Below are positions 48,350 to 59,077 of a stretch of DNA of 64,000 nt, piece by piece. The notes beneath the pieces are model-generated. The model was not told the origin of the DNA. It ran no database searches and saw only the letters and a list, made by a program, of their open reading frames with translations. Origin of the DNA: a bacterium (lineage in GTDB: Bacteria; Desulfobacterota; Binatia; HRBIN30; CADEER01); NCBI GenBank assembly GCA_030430165.1, contig JAUIGL010000012.1:6137-70136 (forward strand), written 5' to 3'. The translations under genes and the position numbers were made by a program. Within the stretch, counting starts at the first letter, position 1, and each line of letters opens with the position of its first letter.

Positions 48350-51300
48350 GCTTGCCTCGGTTCAGTGTTCGCCAGTCGGTTCTGGTGAACGTTCTCTTCT
48401 TCGTCTGTTTCTTCGGCGGACTCGCGGCCTACAGCCGGGTGCCGGTCGAGTACTGGCCGGAGGTGGTGCTCAACACGGTCAACCTCAATACCGTGTGGAG
48501 CGGCGCCTCGGCCGACGAGGTCGAGCGACTGGTGACGCAGAAGCTCGAGGAGGAGCTGCAGACGGTCGGCGACATCCGCGAGATGCGCTCGGTGTCGACG
48601 GCGAACCTGTCGGCGATCGTCATCGACTTCGACGAGAACCTCGACCAGATCGAGCTCGAGAGCGCGATCAACGACGTGCGCGCGGCGATCGACCGGGTAC
48701 CCGATCTGCCGGAGTCGGCGGAGGAGACCGACCTTTTCGAAATCACCGTCTCCGAGGTGACGCCGGTGGTGTTCATCGCCGTCGTCGACACCGGCGGGGT
48801 CGGCGAGGTCGCCCTCAACGAGGTCGCGCGCGAGGTGCAGACGCGGGTTCGCGATCTAACCGGAGTGCGTCGCACCGAGATCCTCGGCGAGCGCGAGCGC
48901 GAGGTGAGGGTGCTGGTCGATCGCGACGTGTCGGCGCGGTTCGGGCTGACCGTGCTCGACGTCGTCGAGCGCATTCGCCGGCAGAACCTGAATCTGCCGG
49001 CGGGGACCTTCGAGTCGGGTGAGGTCGAGGCGACGCTGCGGGCGCGCGGTGACTACGAGGATCTCGACTCCCTGCTCGAGACGGTGGTGCGCGAGAACGA
49101 CGACGGAACCTACGTGCGACTCGCCGACGTCGCCCGCCTGGAGACCGGTCTCGAGAAGCGCCTCATCAGCACGCGTTACAACGGTTACCCCGCGGTTCTG
49201 GTCAACGTCACCAAGAAGGCGAGCTACGACGTCCTCGACCTGGCGGCGCGGATCGACCGCTGGCTGGAGGACTATCGCCCGCTGGTTCCGAGAGGGGTCG
49301 AGCTGCACAAGACGCTCGAGGCGGCGAGCTTCGTGGCGCCGCGCATGAAGACCCTGTGGGACAATCTGTTGAGCGGTGTGGTCCTGGTGCTGCTCATCCT
49401 CTGGGTGACCATCGGCTTCCGCAACGCACTGCTGACCGTGATCGCGATTCCCTTCAGCTTTCTCACGGCGATGATCTTCTTTCCGTGGGCCGGGGTGACG
49501 ATCAACGCGACGACCCTGATGGGGATGTTGCTGGTGTCGGGGATGCTGGTCGACGACGCCATCATCGTTCTCGAGAACATCTACACCCGGGTCGAGCAGG
49601 GCGAAGGGCTGGCCGATGCGGTGGTCCACGGCACCGAGGAGGTGCAGTGGCCGGTGATCGCCGCGGTGACCACGACCTGCGCCGCGTTCGGTCCGCTGCT
49701 GCTGGTCGAAGGGGTCGCCGGCAAGTTCGTCGCCATCATGCCGAAGGCGGTGTTGCTGTGCCTGCTGGCCTCCCTCTTCGAGTGTCTGGTGATCCTGCCG
49801 GCGCACTACATGGACTTCGGCAGTCGGCGGGGCGGGGACGCCGACCGCCGAATGGGTCTGCAGGCGCGGCTGCCGCCGTGGCTGGGCCGGGTGCTGAGCC
49901 TGCCAGGGCGGATTCTCCCCACTCTGCGGGGCTGGTACGCGCGCGCGCTCGACGTGGTTCTGGCGCACCGTCTCTCTTTCGGGCTGTTGACGGTGGCGAT
50001 CGTCGCACTGTCGTACGGCGGCTGGGGGCACCTTCGCGTCGAGCTCTTTCCCGGGGAGTTCGACAACTTCAACGTCCTGCTGGAGACGCCGCCCGGCTAC
50101 AGCCTCGAGCAGACCGAGCGCGTGGTGAAGGGCATCGAGCAGGAGCTGCTGCCGTTCGTCGGACGCGAAGTGACGGACTTCGCGTCGACCGTCGGCGCCA
50201 GCGTCGCGTCCAACTACGATCGCATCGCCGCGCCGAACGTCGCAAGAACGTTTCTGGTGATGGCGCCGACCGAGGAGAACCGCACCCGGCCCGAGGCGGT
50301 CTTGTTTCGGGTGCGCGACCGGCTGGACGAGTACCGTCGCCAGCACGCGACCGACATCGTCGACCTGCGCGTCGCCGCCGAGCAAGACGGGCCGCCGGTC
50401 GGGCCGCCGGTCGAAGTGCGCATCCAGTCGGACGATTTCGCCGTCGGCAAGTCGATCGCATCCGAGATGACGGCGTTTCTCGAGACCATCCCCGGCGTCT
50501 TCAACATCGAGGACAACCTCGAGCTCGGCCCGGAAGAGGTGCGCCTGGTGATCGACGACGAGCGCGCCAGTCGCCACGGCTTGCGTTTCGAGGATCTCGC
50601 CACCTCCCTGCGCGGCGCCAACGACGGCATCGTCGCTTCGAGCTTTCGCGATCCCAAGCGCAACGACGACATGGACATCCGGGTGATGCTCGAGGAAGCC
50701 GATCGCAGCGGCTTGCAGGATCTGCTCGACGTCGAGCTGCGCGCCCCCGGCGGGTACCTTCTGCGCTTGCGCGACGTCGCCGACATCGAAGTCTCGCGCG
50801 GCTTTCTGTCGTATCGACGCTACGACGGGCGGCGCACCGTCAACGTCTACGCCGAAGTCGACGACGAGCTGGCGACCTCGGGGAGCGTCAACCAGCGGCT
50901 GCGCGGCCACTTCGCCGGTCTCGAAGCCCGTTATCCGGAGGTGCGCATCGAGTACGGCGGCGAGTTCGGAGAAACCGAGGAGGCGTTCTCCGGCGTGATC
51001 GCCATCTTTCCGGTGGCGCTGCTGTCGATGTACATGATTCTCGCCGCCCTGTTCCGCAGCTACGCGCAACCGCTGGTGGTGACCGTGGCGGTGCCGTTCG
51101 CCTTCGTCGGCGTCATCGCCGGCGTCGGTTTCCTCGGTTACAGCGTCAGCTACCTGCTGTTCTACGCGATGGTCGGGCTGACCGGGGTGGTGGTCAACGA
51201 CTCCCTGGTGATGGTCGACTTCATCAACCGGGCGCGGGAGCGCGGCATGCCGCTGCTCGAAGCGGTGCGCGAGTCCGGGGTGCGCCGCTTTCGCCCGATC

Positions 51301-51546
51301 GTGCTGACGACGCTGACCACGGTCGTGGCCTTGCTGCCGATGGCCTTCGGCCTGCAGGGCGCCTCGAAGACCTACGGGCCGTTTGCGGCGTCGATCGCCT
51401 TCGGACTGTTCGTCGCCATGGTCGGCACCTTGTTCGTGGTGCCGCTCGCCTACACCTCCCTGATCGTCTGGCAACAACGCCTCGGCCGACTCGCCCGCGG
51501 CCGGACGGCCTGGGGCAGCAGCGCCGCGCGCCCGCAGCGCGACTGA
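48346..51546 (+). CDS. RND efflux transporter permease (AcrB/HAE family)
   Basis: The 1066-aa protein has 12 TM helices and two large periplasmic loops. Its TTG start overlaps the adaptor stop (TTGA). Confidence 0.9.
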   Translation: MSLPRFSVRQSVLVNVLFFVCFFGGLAAYSRVPVEYWPEVVLNTVNLNTVWSGASADEVERLVTQKLEEELQTVGDIREMRSVSTANLSAIVIDFDENLDQIELESAINDVRAAIDRVPDLPESAEETDLFEITVSEVTPVVFIAVVDTGGVGEVALNEVAREVQTRVRDLTGVRRTEILGEREREVRVLVDRDVSARFGLTVLDVVERIRRQNLNLPAGTFESGEVEATLRARGDYEDLDSLLETVVRENDDGTYVRLADVARLETGLEKRLISTRYNGYPAVLVNVTKKASYDVLDLAARIDRWLEDYRPLVPRGVELHKTLEAASFVAPRMKTLWDNLLSGVVLVLLILWVTIGFRNALLTVIAIPFSFLTAMIFFPWAGVTINATTLMGMLLVSGMLVDDAIIVLENIYTRVEQGEGLADAVVHGTEEVQWPVIAAVTTTCAAFGPLLLVEGVAGKFVAIMPKAVLLCLLASLFECLVILPAHYMDFGSRRGGDADRRMGLQARLPPWLGRVLSLPGRILPTLRGWYARALDVVLAHRLSFGLLTVAIVALSYGGWGHLRVELFPGEFDNFNVLLETPPGYSLEQTERVVKGIEQELLPFVGREVTDFASTVGASVASNYDRIAAPNVARTFLVMAPTEENRTRPEAVLFRVRDRLDEYRRQHATDIVDLRVAAEQDGPPVGPPVEVRIQSDDFAVGKSIASEMTAFLETIPGVFNIEDNLELGPEEVRLVIDDERASRHGLRFEDLATSLRGANDGIVASSFRDPKRNDDMDIRVMLEEADRSGLQDLLDVELRAPGGYLLRLRDVADIEVSRGFLSYRRYDGRRTVNVYAEVDDELATSGSVNQRLRGHFAGLEARYPEVRIEYGGEFGETEEAFSGVIAIFPVALLSMYMILAALFRSYAQPLVVTVAVPFAFVGVIAGVGFLGYSVSYLLFYAMVGLTGVVVNDSLVMVDFINRARERGMPLLEAVRESGVRRFRPIVLTTLTTVVALLPMAFGLQGASKTYGPFAASIAFGLFVAMVGTLFVVPLAYTSLIVWQQRLGRLARGRTAWGSSAARPQRD

Positions 51547-51564
51547 ACGAAAACGCCGTGGGTA

Positions 51565-51630
51565 CGAAAATTTTCATTTTTCCGCTGGACGAGGGGGGCC
51601 GCGTCAGCTAGAACCAGAATCCGATTCTTA
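51565..51630. promoter_or_regulatory. AT-rich palindromes upstream of tetR: GAAAATTTTC and AACCAGAATC-C-GATTCT..TTTTGGTT; candidate TetR operator/promoter
   Basis: Read directly from the sequence. This AT-rich patch in a high-GC intergenic gap lies immediately 5' of the TetR start. Confidence 0.35.
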
Positions 51631-51637
51631 TTTTGGT

Positions 51638-52336
51638 TTGCGAATGTCTGCACAAGTTGCCGAGCGAAAAGTCACTCTCCAGTCGGTCTCCGGGCCCAAG
51701 CAGGCGCGTAGCGAGGCGACCATGCTGCGCATTCTCGAGGCCGCCGAGGAGCTGATCGCCGAAGAGGGACTGCAGGGGCTGTCGATTCCCGAGGTGGTGC
51801 GGCGCGCCAAGTCTTCGGTCGGCGGCTTCTACGGGCGCTTCCGCGACAAGAACGAGCTGCTCAAGGCGCTCGAGGAGCGCCACTTCAAGCATCTCTCCGA
51901 GCACCTCGACGCCGTCGCCGACGCGGCGCGCTGGCGCAACGCGACCGCCACCGAGATCGTGCGCGGCGCGGTCGACGAGTTGGTCAACGTCACCAACGTG
52001 CACCGCAAGATGACGGTGGCCTTCCTCTACCGCTCGATCCAGGATCCGGGCTTGCGCAAGGACGCGGTGCGTTTCCGCCGCGAGGCCGAAGATCGAATTC
52101 GCAATCTCCTGCTCGACCACTGCGACGACTTCGACCACCCGGATCCGAAGCTGGCGATCGATCTCGGCATCCAGGTGGCGTTCGCGCTGATGCAGCAGCA
52201 CGTTCTCGTCGAGGCCACTCACGCCGGCGGGCGGACGCTCAGTGACGACGAGCTCAAGCGAGAGATCGGCAACATTGTGTTGCGTTACATCGGCATTGAT
52301 TCGGACGCGCACGGGCGCGTCGCCGCGAAGCCATGA
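51638..52336 (+). CDS. TetR/AcrR family transcriptional regulator
   Basis: The N-terminal HTH is ARSEATMLRILEAAEELIAEEGLQGLSIPEVVRRAKSSVGGFYGRFRDKNELL. Confidence 0.85.
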   Translation: MRMSAQVAERKVTLQSVSGPKQARSEATMLRILEAAEELIAEEGLQGLSIPEVVRRAKSSVGGFYGRFRDKNELLKALEERHFKHLSEHLDAVADAARWRNATATEIVRGAVDELVNVTNVHRKMTVAFLYRSIQDPGLRKDAVRFRREAEDRIRNLLLDHCDDFDHPDPKLAIDLGIQVAFALMQQHVLVEATHAGGRTLSDDELKREIGNIVLRYIGIDSDAHGRVAAKP

Positions 52337-52374
52337 GAACGGCGGCGTAGCCGCCGAACGATTTGGAGGAAACG

Positions 52375-53490
<1,116 letters not shown>

Positions 53491-53560
53491 TCACTCTCTT
53501 TCCCGGCCGGGCGCGGCGATCGCCGCCGCGCCCGGCCGCCGCTTCGACCACGAGGCTGGG

Positions 53561-54730
53561 GTGAAGCCCGCGGTCCGGCGGCTTGCAGTCGCCCTGGTGA
53601 TCACCAGCGCCGGGGCGTTGCCGGTGTTTCTGACATCGGCTCTGGTCCTGCAGATCGCCGCCGATCTCGGTTTCGAGATCGAGCGCCTCGGCATCGCGGT
53701 CGGTCTCTACTTCGTCGCCGGTGTCTTCAGCTCGCTGCTGATGGGGCGCCTGTCGGAGCGGATCGGCGCCGCGGCGGCGCTGCGTCTGGGCGGTGTTCTG
53801 AGCGCCCTCTGCCTGGTGCTCGTGTCCGTGGTCGACAGCTTCGGCGCACTGTGCGCGTGCTTGTTTCTCGGCGGGATCTGCAACGCCCTGTGCCAGCCGG
53901 CCGCCAACTTGTACGTCACTCGCGGCATCTCGGCCGGACGGCGCGGGTTGGCGTTGGCGCTCAAGCAGTCGGCGATCCCGGCGGCGACGATGCTGGGCGG
54001 GCTCGCGGTGCCGCTGATCGCGCTCACGGTGGGGTGGCGTTGGGCCTTCGTCGGCGCTGCCGCGGCGGCGCTGGTGACCGCTATGCTGATTCCACCGGTG
54101 GTCGTTCCCGCCCGCGCCGCGAACGTCGATGACGAAGGCCGCGCGCCGCTGCTGGCGATGCTGTTGTTGGCGGCCACCGTCGGTTTGGGAGCGGCGGGCG
54201 CCAATTGCCTCGCGTCGTTCGCCGTCGCCGGCGCGGTACGCATCGGGATCGGCGACGGTGCCGCGGGGTGGCTGGTGGCGGCGGGGTCGGCGCTGGCGGT
54301 GCTCACCCGCATTGCCTTGGGGCACCGCGCCGACCGCAAGGGCGCCGGGCACCTGCTGATGGTGCGCCTGATGCTCGTATGCGGCACCTTCGGCGCTCTC
54401 GGCCTGGCGACCAATTCAATCCCGTTGTTCGTCAGCGCAGTGCCGATGGTCTTCAGCTTCGGCTGGGGCTGGCCGGGGCTCTTCAACCTGGCCGTGATCA
54501 AGCACAACCCGACCGCGCCGGGAGCGGCGACCGGCTTCACCCAAACCGGCACCTACCTCGGTGCTGCGCTCGGTCCGATGCTGTTCGGCCTGGTTGCCGA
54601 TCGCGTCGGATGGGACCTCGCCTGGACGCTGGTTCCGGCCTTCTTCGGTCTCGGTGCCATTGCCGCCACGCTGGCACGCCACCAACTGCTTCGTTGGCTG
54701 GCCGCAGCAACGATGTTGCCACCGAAGTGA
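53561..54730 (+). CDS. MFS transporter
   Basis: The 12-TM profile, the GR(L/K)SER-like motif (GRLSERIG) and the internal duplication are typical of MFS transporters. Confidence 0.75.
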   Translation: MKPAVRRLAVALVITSAGALPVFLTSALVLQIAADLGFEIERLGIAVGLYFVAGVFSSLLMGRLSERIGAAAALRLGGVLSALCLVLVSVVDSFGALCACLFLGGICNALCQPAANLYVTRGISAGRRGLALALKQSAIPAATMLGGLAVPLIALTVGWRWAFVGAAAAALVTAMLIPPVVVPARAANVDDEGRAPLLAMLLLAATVGLGAAGANCLASFAVAGAVRIGIGDGAAGWLVAAGSALAVLTRIALGHRADRKGAGHLLMVRLMLVCGTFGALGLATNSIPLFVSAVPMVFSFGWGWPGLFNLAVIKHNPTAPGAATGFTQTGTYLGAALGPMLFGLVADRVGWDLAWTLVPAFFGLGAIAATLARHQLLRWLAAATMLPPK

Positions 54731-55089
54731 CGCTTCCCCCCGTGGGGGCCCTTCGAGCGGGCGTCGGCCTCCGTGATGGGCAGCCCGCGGGAGGTGACGT
54801 ATGCGATCGAATCGGAAGAGGGCGGTGCCGCGACTCGGCTGGTGGATCGGCGCGGCCCTGGTGTTTCTACTGCTGGCTCTGGTCGTGCTGGGCGTGAGTG
54901 TCCCGGCCGGCGCCGCGGAGGAAAAGCCCGAGCGACGGCGCCAGTCGCAAGCGCGTGAGCAGCGCGTGCTGCGTCAGAGTCGCGGCGAGCGCGGCCACGT
55001 TCGCCGCCGCGCCGACCGCATCGACAAGCGCTCCCGGGTCGAGAAGAAGCCGGGCTGGCGCCGCGTCGAGTGAGGTCGGAGGAATCTTC

Positions 55090-55236
55090 AGCCGCAGATG
55101 AACGCTGACTTGCGCCGATCTTTTCTCCACGGGTGAACACGGAAAGCACGGATTGGGTCGTTTGCCATCCGTGTCCTCCGTGTTCACCCGTGGGCCCCTA
55201 TCAGCTATCTGCGTTCATCAGCGTCCATCTGCGGCT
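55090..55236. mobile_element. MITE/REP-like element copy 1: 19-bp terminal inverted repeats AGCCGCAGATGAACGCTGA / TCAGCGTCCATCTGCGGCT enclosing 17-bp inner hairpin CCACGGGTGAACACGGA...TCCGTGTTCACCCGTGG
   Basis: Read directly from the sequence; it has no coding capacity. Confidence 0.5.
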
Positions 55237-55245
55237 CGAAGTCGA

Positions 55246-56436
55246 TTATGCGGGATACGCTTCGAACAGCGCCGCGGCGCCCATGCCGCCGCCGATGCAC
55301 ATGGTGACGATGCCCCACTTCTTCTTGCGGCGGCGCAGCTCGAGCAGGATGGCGCCGGTCTGGCGCGCGCCGGTCATGCCGTAGGGGTGGCCGATCGAGA
55401 TCGCTCCGCCGTTGACGTTGAGCTTGTCGGGGTCGATGCCGAGACGGTCGCGGATGTAGACGGTCTGCGAAGCGAACGCCTCGTTGAGCTCGATCAGGTC
55501 GATGTCCTCGAGCTTCTTGCCCTGGCGCTGCAGCAGGGTCGGGATGGCGAACACCGGACCGATCCCCATCTCGTCGGGCTCACAGCCGGAGATGACCAGG
55601 CCGTGGTAGGCGCCGAGCGGCTTCAGGTTGCGCCTCTCGGCCTCCTTGTCGCTCATCATCACCAGCGCCGCGGCGCCGTCGGACAGCTGCGAGGCGTTGC
55701 CGGCGGTCACCGAGCCGCCTTCCTTGAACGCGCCCTTGAGCTGCGACAGGCCTTCGAGCGTGGTGTTGGGGCGCGGACCTTCGTCCATCGCCACGTCGAG
55801 CTCGACCTCCGAGGTTTCGCCGGTCGCCTTGTCGGTCTTCTGCATGGTGACGTGCATCGGCGCGATCTCGTCGGCGAGGGCGCCCGATTCCATGGCCGCG
55901 GCGGTGCGCATCTGCGACGACAGCGCGTACTCGTCCTGCGACTCGCGCGTCACGTTGTAGCGCTCGGCGACGACCTCGGCGGTGTCGCCCATCGCCATGT
56001 AGATCTCGGGCTTGTGCTCCTGCACCCAGGGATTGATGTAGTCGTGGAGGTTGAGGTTGGCCTGGACGCGCGAGATCGACTCGACGCCGCAGGCCACCGT
56101 GACCGGCACGTCGTCGACGACGATGCGCTGGGCGGCGACCGAAACCGCCTGCAGGCCCGACGAGCAGTAGCGGTTGATGGTCGTGCCAGCGGTGGTGACC
56201 GGACATCCGGCGCGGATCGCGGCGACGCGGGCGACGTTGTTGCCGGTCGACCCTTCGGGGAGTCCGCAGCCGGCGACGACGTCCTCGACCGCTTCGGCTT
56301 CGATGCCCGAGCGCTCGATGGCGTGCTGGATGGCGTGGCCGAGCAGGTCCGCGCCGTGGGTGAGGTTGTATGCTCCGCGAAACGCCTTGCCGATCGGCGT
56401 CCGCGCAGTGGAGACGATCACTGCTTGCTTGGCCAT
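55246..56436 (-). CDS. Acetyl-CoA C-acetyltransferase (thiolase II)
   Basis: The N-terminal Cys region (NRYCSSGLQAV), the C-terminal GHPYGMTGAR and the CIGGGMGAA signatures are present. Confidence 0.9.
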   Translation of the reverse strand: MAKQAVIVSTARTPIGKAFRGAYNLTHGADLLGHAIQHAIERSGIEAEAVEDVVAGCGLPEGSTGNNVARVAAIRAGCPVTTAGTTINRYCSSGLQAVSVAAQRIVVDDVPVTVACGVESISRVQANLNLHDYINPWVQEHKPEIYMAMGDTAEVVAERYNVTRESQDEYALSSQMRTAAAMESGALADEIAPMHVTMQKTDKATGETSEVELDVAMDEGPRPNTTLEGLSQLKGAFKEGGSVTAGNASQLSDGAAALVMMSDKEAERRNLKPLGAYHGLVISGCEPDEMGIGPVFAIPTLLQRQGKKLEDIDLIELNEAFASQTVYIRDRLGIDPDKLNVNGGAISIGHPYGMTGARQTGAILLELRRRKKKWGIVTMCIGGGMGAAALFEAYPA

Positions 56437-56570
56437 GATGGTGAACTCCTATTCAGTTTGGGGAATCTGCGAATCGTCGCGCTTTTGCGGAGCAGCGTCA
56501 ACCGCGTCTGGGGAGCATGGAAGGGGATGGGGGTCTGGTTTTCTCTCTCGCGCCAAGGGGTTTCTGGTTC

Positions 56571-56748
56571 TTTTTTCTCGCGCCAAGACGCCAAGGCGCC
56601 AAGGGGGGCCTAGGTCTTCTGGGTTGATTGGCTAGACGATTATAACTGCTCTATTTATATCACTTCGCTTGGGTGGGTTTCTGAAGCCCCAAAAACCAAA
56701 AGCCCCCTTGGCGCCTTGGCGCCTTGGCGTCTTGGCGCGAGAAAAAAA
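56571..56748. repeat. IR-flanked AT-rich island: 38-46-bp near-perfect inverted arms built from GCGCCAAG(G) units around about 95-bp low-GC core
   Basis: The left arm is TTTTTTCTCGCGCCAAGACGCCAAGGCGCCAAGGGGGG. The right arm is its reverse complement with one extra CGCCAAGG unit. The core contains TTGATT...TATAAC and, on the minus strand, TTATAAT. Confidence 0.5.
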
Positions 56749-56775
56749 CGGAAAACCCGATTCCCCGAGAGCCAG

Positions 56776-57735
56776 CTATTCGATCAGGGCGGCGCTGCGC
56801 GACAGGATTGTTTCGGCTTCGCGGACCATGGATTCGACGACCTCGCTGGCGGGGACGATTTCGCTGATGCCGCCGATGCCCTGGCCGGCGGGCATGCAGG
56901 TGCGGTCGGTGTCGATGCCTTCCTCGACGGCGTAGCCCATCACCCCGGCGGAGAAGCTCTTGGCGATTTGCTCGGGGAAGCGCTGGATCGACTCGGCGTG
57001 GCGTTCCTGCTCTTCGACGTAGGGGTTGTTGATGACGCGCATCGGCTTGCCGGAGTAGCAGCGGCTGATGATGGTGTCGCCGCCGCCGCGCTCGGTGATC
57101 AGCTGCTTGAACTCCTTCGCCGCGCGCGCCTCGGTGGTGGCGATGAAGCGCGTGCCGACCCAAACGCCGTCGGCGCCGAGGGCGAGGGCGGCGGCGAGGC
57201 CGCGGCCGTCGACGATCGATCCGGCGCCGAGCACCGGAATGTCGACGGCGTCGACGATCTGCGGGATCAGCGCCATCGCGGCGACGCGCCCGGTGTGGCC
57301 GCCGGCTTCGGTGCCCTGCGCCACCACCATGTCGCAGCCGGCTTCTTCGGCGCGCACCGCGTGCTCGACCCGGCCGCACATCGACACCACCTTGAGTCCG
57401 GCGTCGTGCAGCTTGCCGATCACCGGACCGGGCACGCCGAGGCCGGCGATGAACGAGGAAGCGCCCTCTTCGATGATGACGTCGATCGCCGCCACCATCT
57501 GCTCGGGCAGGGCGGCGAGCAGGTCGACGCCGAACGGTTTGTCAGTCAGCTCGCGGACCCGCTGCATCTGCTTGCGGATTCCCTCGGGGCTCTCGGTCGC
57601 CATGCCGAGCGTCCCGTAGCCGCCGGCCTGCGACACCGCGGCGCACACCTCGGCGTAGGCGACCTGGCCCATCCCGGCGAGGAATACCGGGTGCTCGATT
57701 GCAAACATCTCACAGACGCGGGTTTTGATTGTCAT
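56776..57735 (-). CDS. Nitronate monooxygenase (NMO, 2-nitropropane dioxygenase-like) FMN-dependent TIM-barrel
   Basis: The N-terminus FAIEHPVFLAGMG, the motif VVAQGTEAGGH and the 319-aa length fit NMO. Confidence 0.8.
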   Translation of the reverse strand: MTIKTRVCEMFAIEHPVFLAGMGQVAYAEVCAAVSQAGGYGTLGMATESPEGIRKQMQRVRELTDKPFGVDLLAALPEQMVAAIDVIIEEGASSFIAGLGVPGPVIGKLHDAGLKVVSMCGRVEHAVRAEEAGCDMVVAQGTEAGGHTGRVAAMALIPQIVDAVDIPVLGAGSIVDGRGLAAALALGADGVWVGTRFIATTEARAAKEFKQLITERGGGDTIISRCYSGKPMRVINNPYVEEQERHAESIQRFPEQIAKSFSAGVMGYAVEEGIDTDRTCMPAGQGIGGISEIVPASEVVESMVREAETILSRSAALIE

Positions 57736-57790
57736 GGCTGTCTCCTGCGGGTACTCCGGCCACTCTTACTAAGTGGGCGGGGGGAAAAGA

Positions 57791-57819
57791 AGCCGCAGAT
57801 GAACGCGGATGAACGCTGA
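57791..57819. repeat. Solo or partial copy of the MITE-like terminal repeat (AGCCGCAGATGAACGCGGATGAACGCTGA)
   Basis: Same terminus as the elements at 55090 and 58924, with an internal GATGAACGC duplication and no matching right end nearby. Confidence 0.4.
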
Positions 57820-57885
57820 TTGGGTTTCCAGTCGAGCCGCTGCTGATGGATTTGCCACGGGGGCGGTTGCGTGGTGAGTGGAGCC

Positions 57886-58890
57886 ATGGAGATTGGACTG
57901 ATTCTCACCGCGGGAAAGCCGCGGGGCAACGTCGACCTGGCGGTCCGTGCCGAGCAGGCCGGGTTTTCGGCCGTGCTCAGCATCGAGTTCTTCAACCAGC
58001 ACGCCTTCGCGGTTCTCGGCGCGATCGCGCAGGCGACCGACAGGATCGGCATCGGCACCGGTATTGCCAACGCCTTCACCCGCTCGCCGCTGGTGCACGC
58101 CAACGCGGCGATGGATCTCGACGATCTTTCCGACGGCCGAATGATCCTCGGGCTGGGCAGTGCGACGCGCACCATGAACACCGACTGGTGGGGCGTGCCG
58201 TTCTTCAAGCCGGCGCGACGGATGCACGAGGAGGTGCGCCTGATCCGCGAGATCTTCGCCGCCGGCGATGGCTTCGGCTTTCGCTTCGAGGGCGAGTTCT
58301 GGAATCTCAAGATCGCCGCGTTCACGCGCCCCGGGGCGCGCAAGGACCTGCCGATCTGGGTGGCGGCGGTCAACGCGCCGATGATGCGCACCGCCGGCCG
58401 CGTCGCCGACGGACTGGTCGGTCATCCGATCGCGACCCGCAGCTGGCACCGCGAGCGCACCCTGCCGGCACTGCGCGCCGCCGAGGCGGAGGCGGAGCGC
58501 GCGGAAGGTGCGTGCCGTTTGGTTCCCTACGTGCTGACCTCGCTACACCAGGACCGCGACCGCGCCGTTGCCAACGCCAAGAAGCAGATCGGTTTCTACT
58601 TCACCTCGAAGCTCTACCACACGATCCTCGAGCACCACGGCATGGGCGAGGTCGGCGCCGAGTGCCACCGCGCGCTCAAGTCGTTCGACATCAAGGCGAT
58701 GGCCGCCGCGATTCCGGACGAGCTGGTCGACGCCATCGCCATCGCCGGTACTCCGGACGAGGCGCGCGATCGCCTGCAGCAGTGGCAGGGGCTGTGCGAC
58801 GAGGTGCTGCTCTACGCGCCGACCATCGCCGTCTCACCCGAGGATCTCGAAGCAAACCACGCGGCGATGTTCGAAGTGTTCAGTCGCTGA
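57886..58890 (+). CDS. LLM-class (luciferase-like) flavin- or F420-dependent oxidoreductase
   Basis: The MEIGLIL start is followed by an AGFSAVLSIEFF...RIGIGTGIANAFTRSPL...LGLGS TIM-barrel LLM pattern. A GTG at 57871 is an alternative start. Confidence 0.8.
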   Translation: MEIGLILTAGKPRGNVDLAVRAEQAGFSAVLSIEFFNQHAFAVLGAIAQATDRIGIGTGIANAFTRSPLVHANAAMDLDDLSDGRMILGLGSATRTMNTDWWGVPFFKPARRMHEEVRLIREIFAAGDGFGFRFEGEFWNLKIAAFTRPGARKDLPIWVAAVNAPMMRTAGRVADGLVGHPIATRSWHRERTLPALRAAEAEAERAEGACRLVPYVLTSLHQDRDRAVANAKKQIGFYFTSKLYHTILEHHGMGEVGAECHRALKSFDIKAMAAAIPDELVDAIAIAGTPDEARDRLQQWQGLCDEVLLYAPTIAVSPEDLEANHAAMFEVFSR

Positions 58891-58923
58891 GAGACAGGTT
58901 CGAAGAAAAAACTAGCCGCAGAT

Positions 58924-59063
58924 ACACGCAGATTTTCGCAGATGCCCCGATCCACGGATGAACACGGGAGACACGGATGGCGAGGGCTCAGCCCGTGTTC
59001 TCCGTGTTCACCCGTGGAAAAGAATCAGCGCAAATCAGCGTCCATCTGCGGCTAAAGATTCTA
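58924..59063. mobile_element. MITE/REP-like element copy 3 (termini AGCCGCAGATACACGCAGA... / ...TCAGCGTCCATCTGCGGCT, inner hairpin CCACGGATGAACACGG...CCGTGTTCACCCGTGG)
   Basis: Read directly from the sequence; it lies in the convergent gap between the LLM and amidotransferase genes. Confidence 0.5.
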
Positions 59064-59077
59064 TCCCAGCCTACCCC

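Noticed and set aside
55088-59063. CRISPR array
   Set aside because: The repeats are inverted and nested, of unequal spacing (2.7 kb and 1.1 kb apart), and separated by ordinary genes. They are not short direct repeats with uniform spacers, and there are no cas genes.
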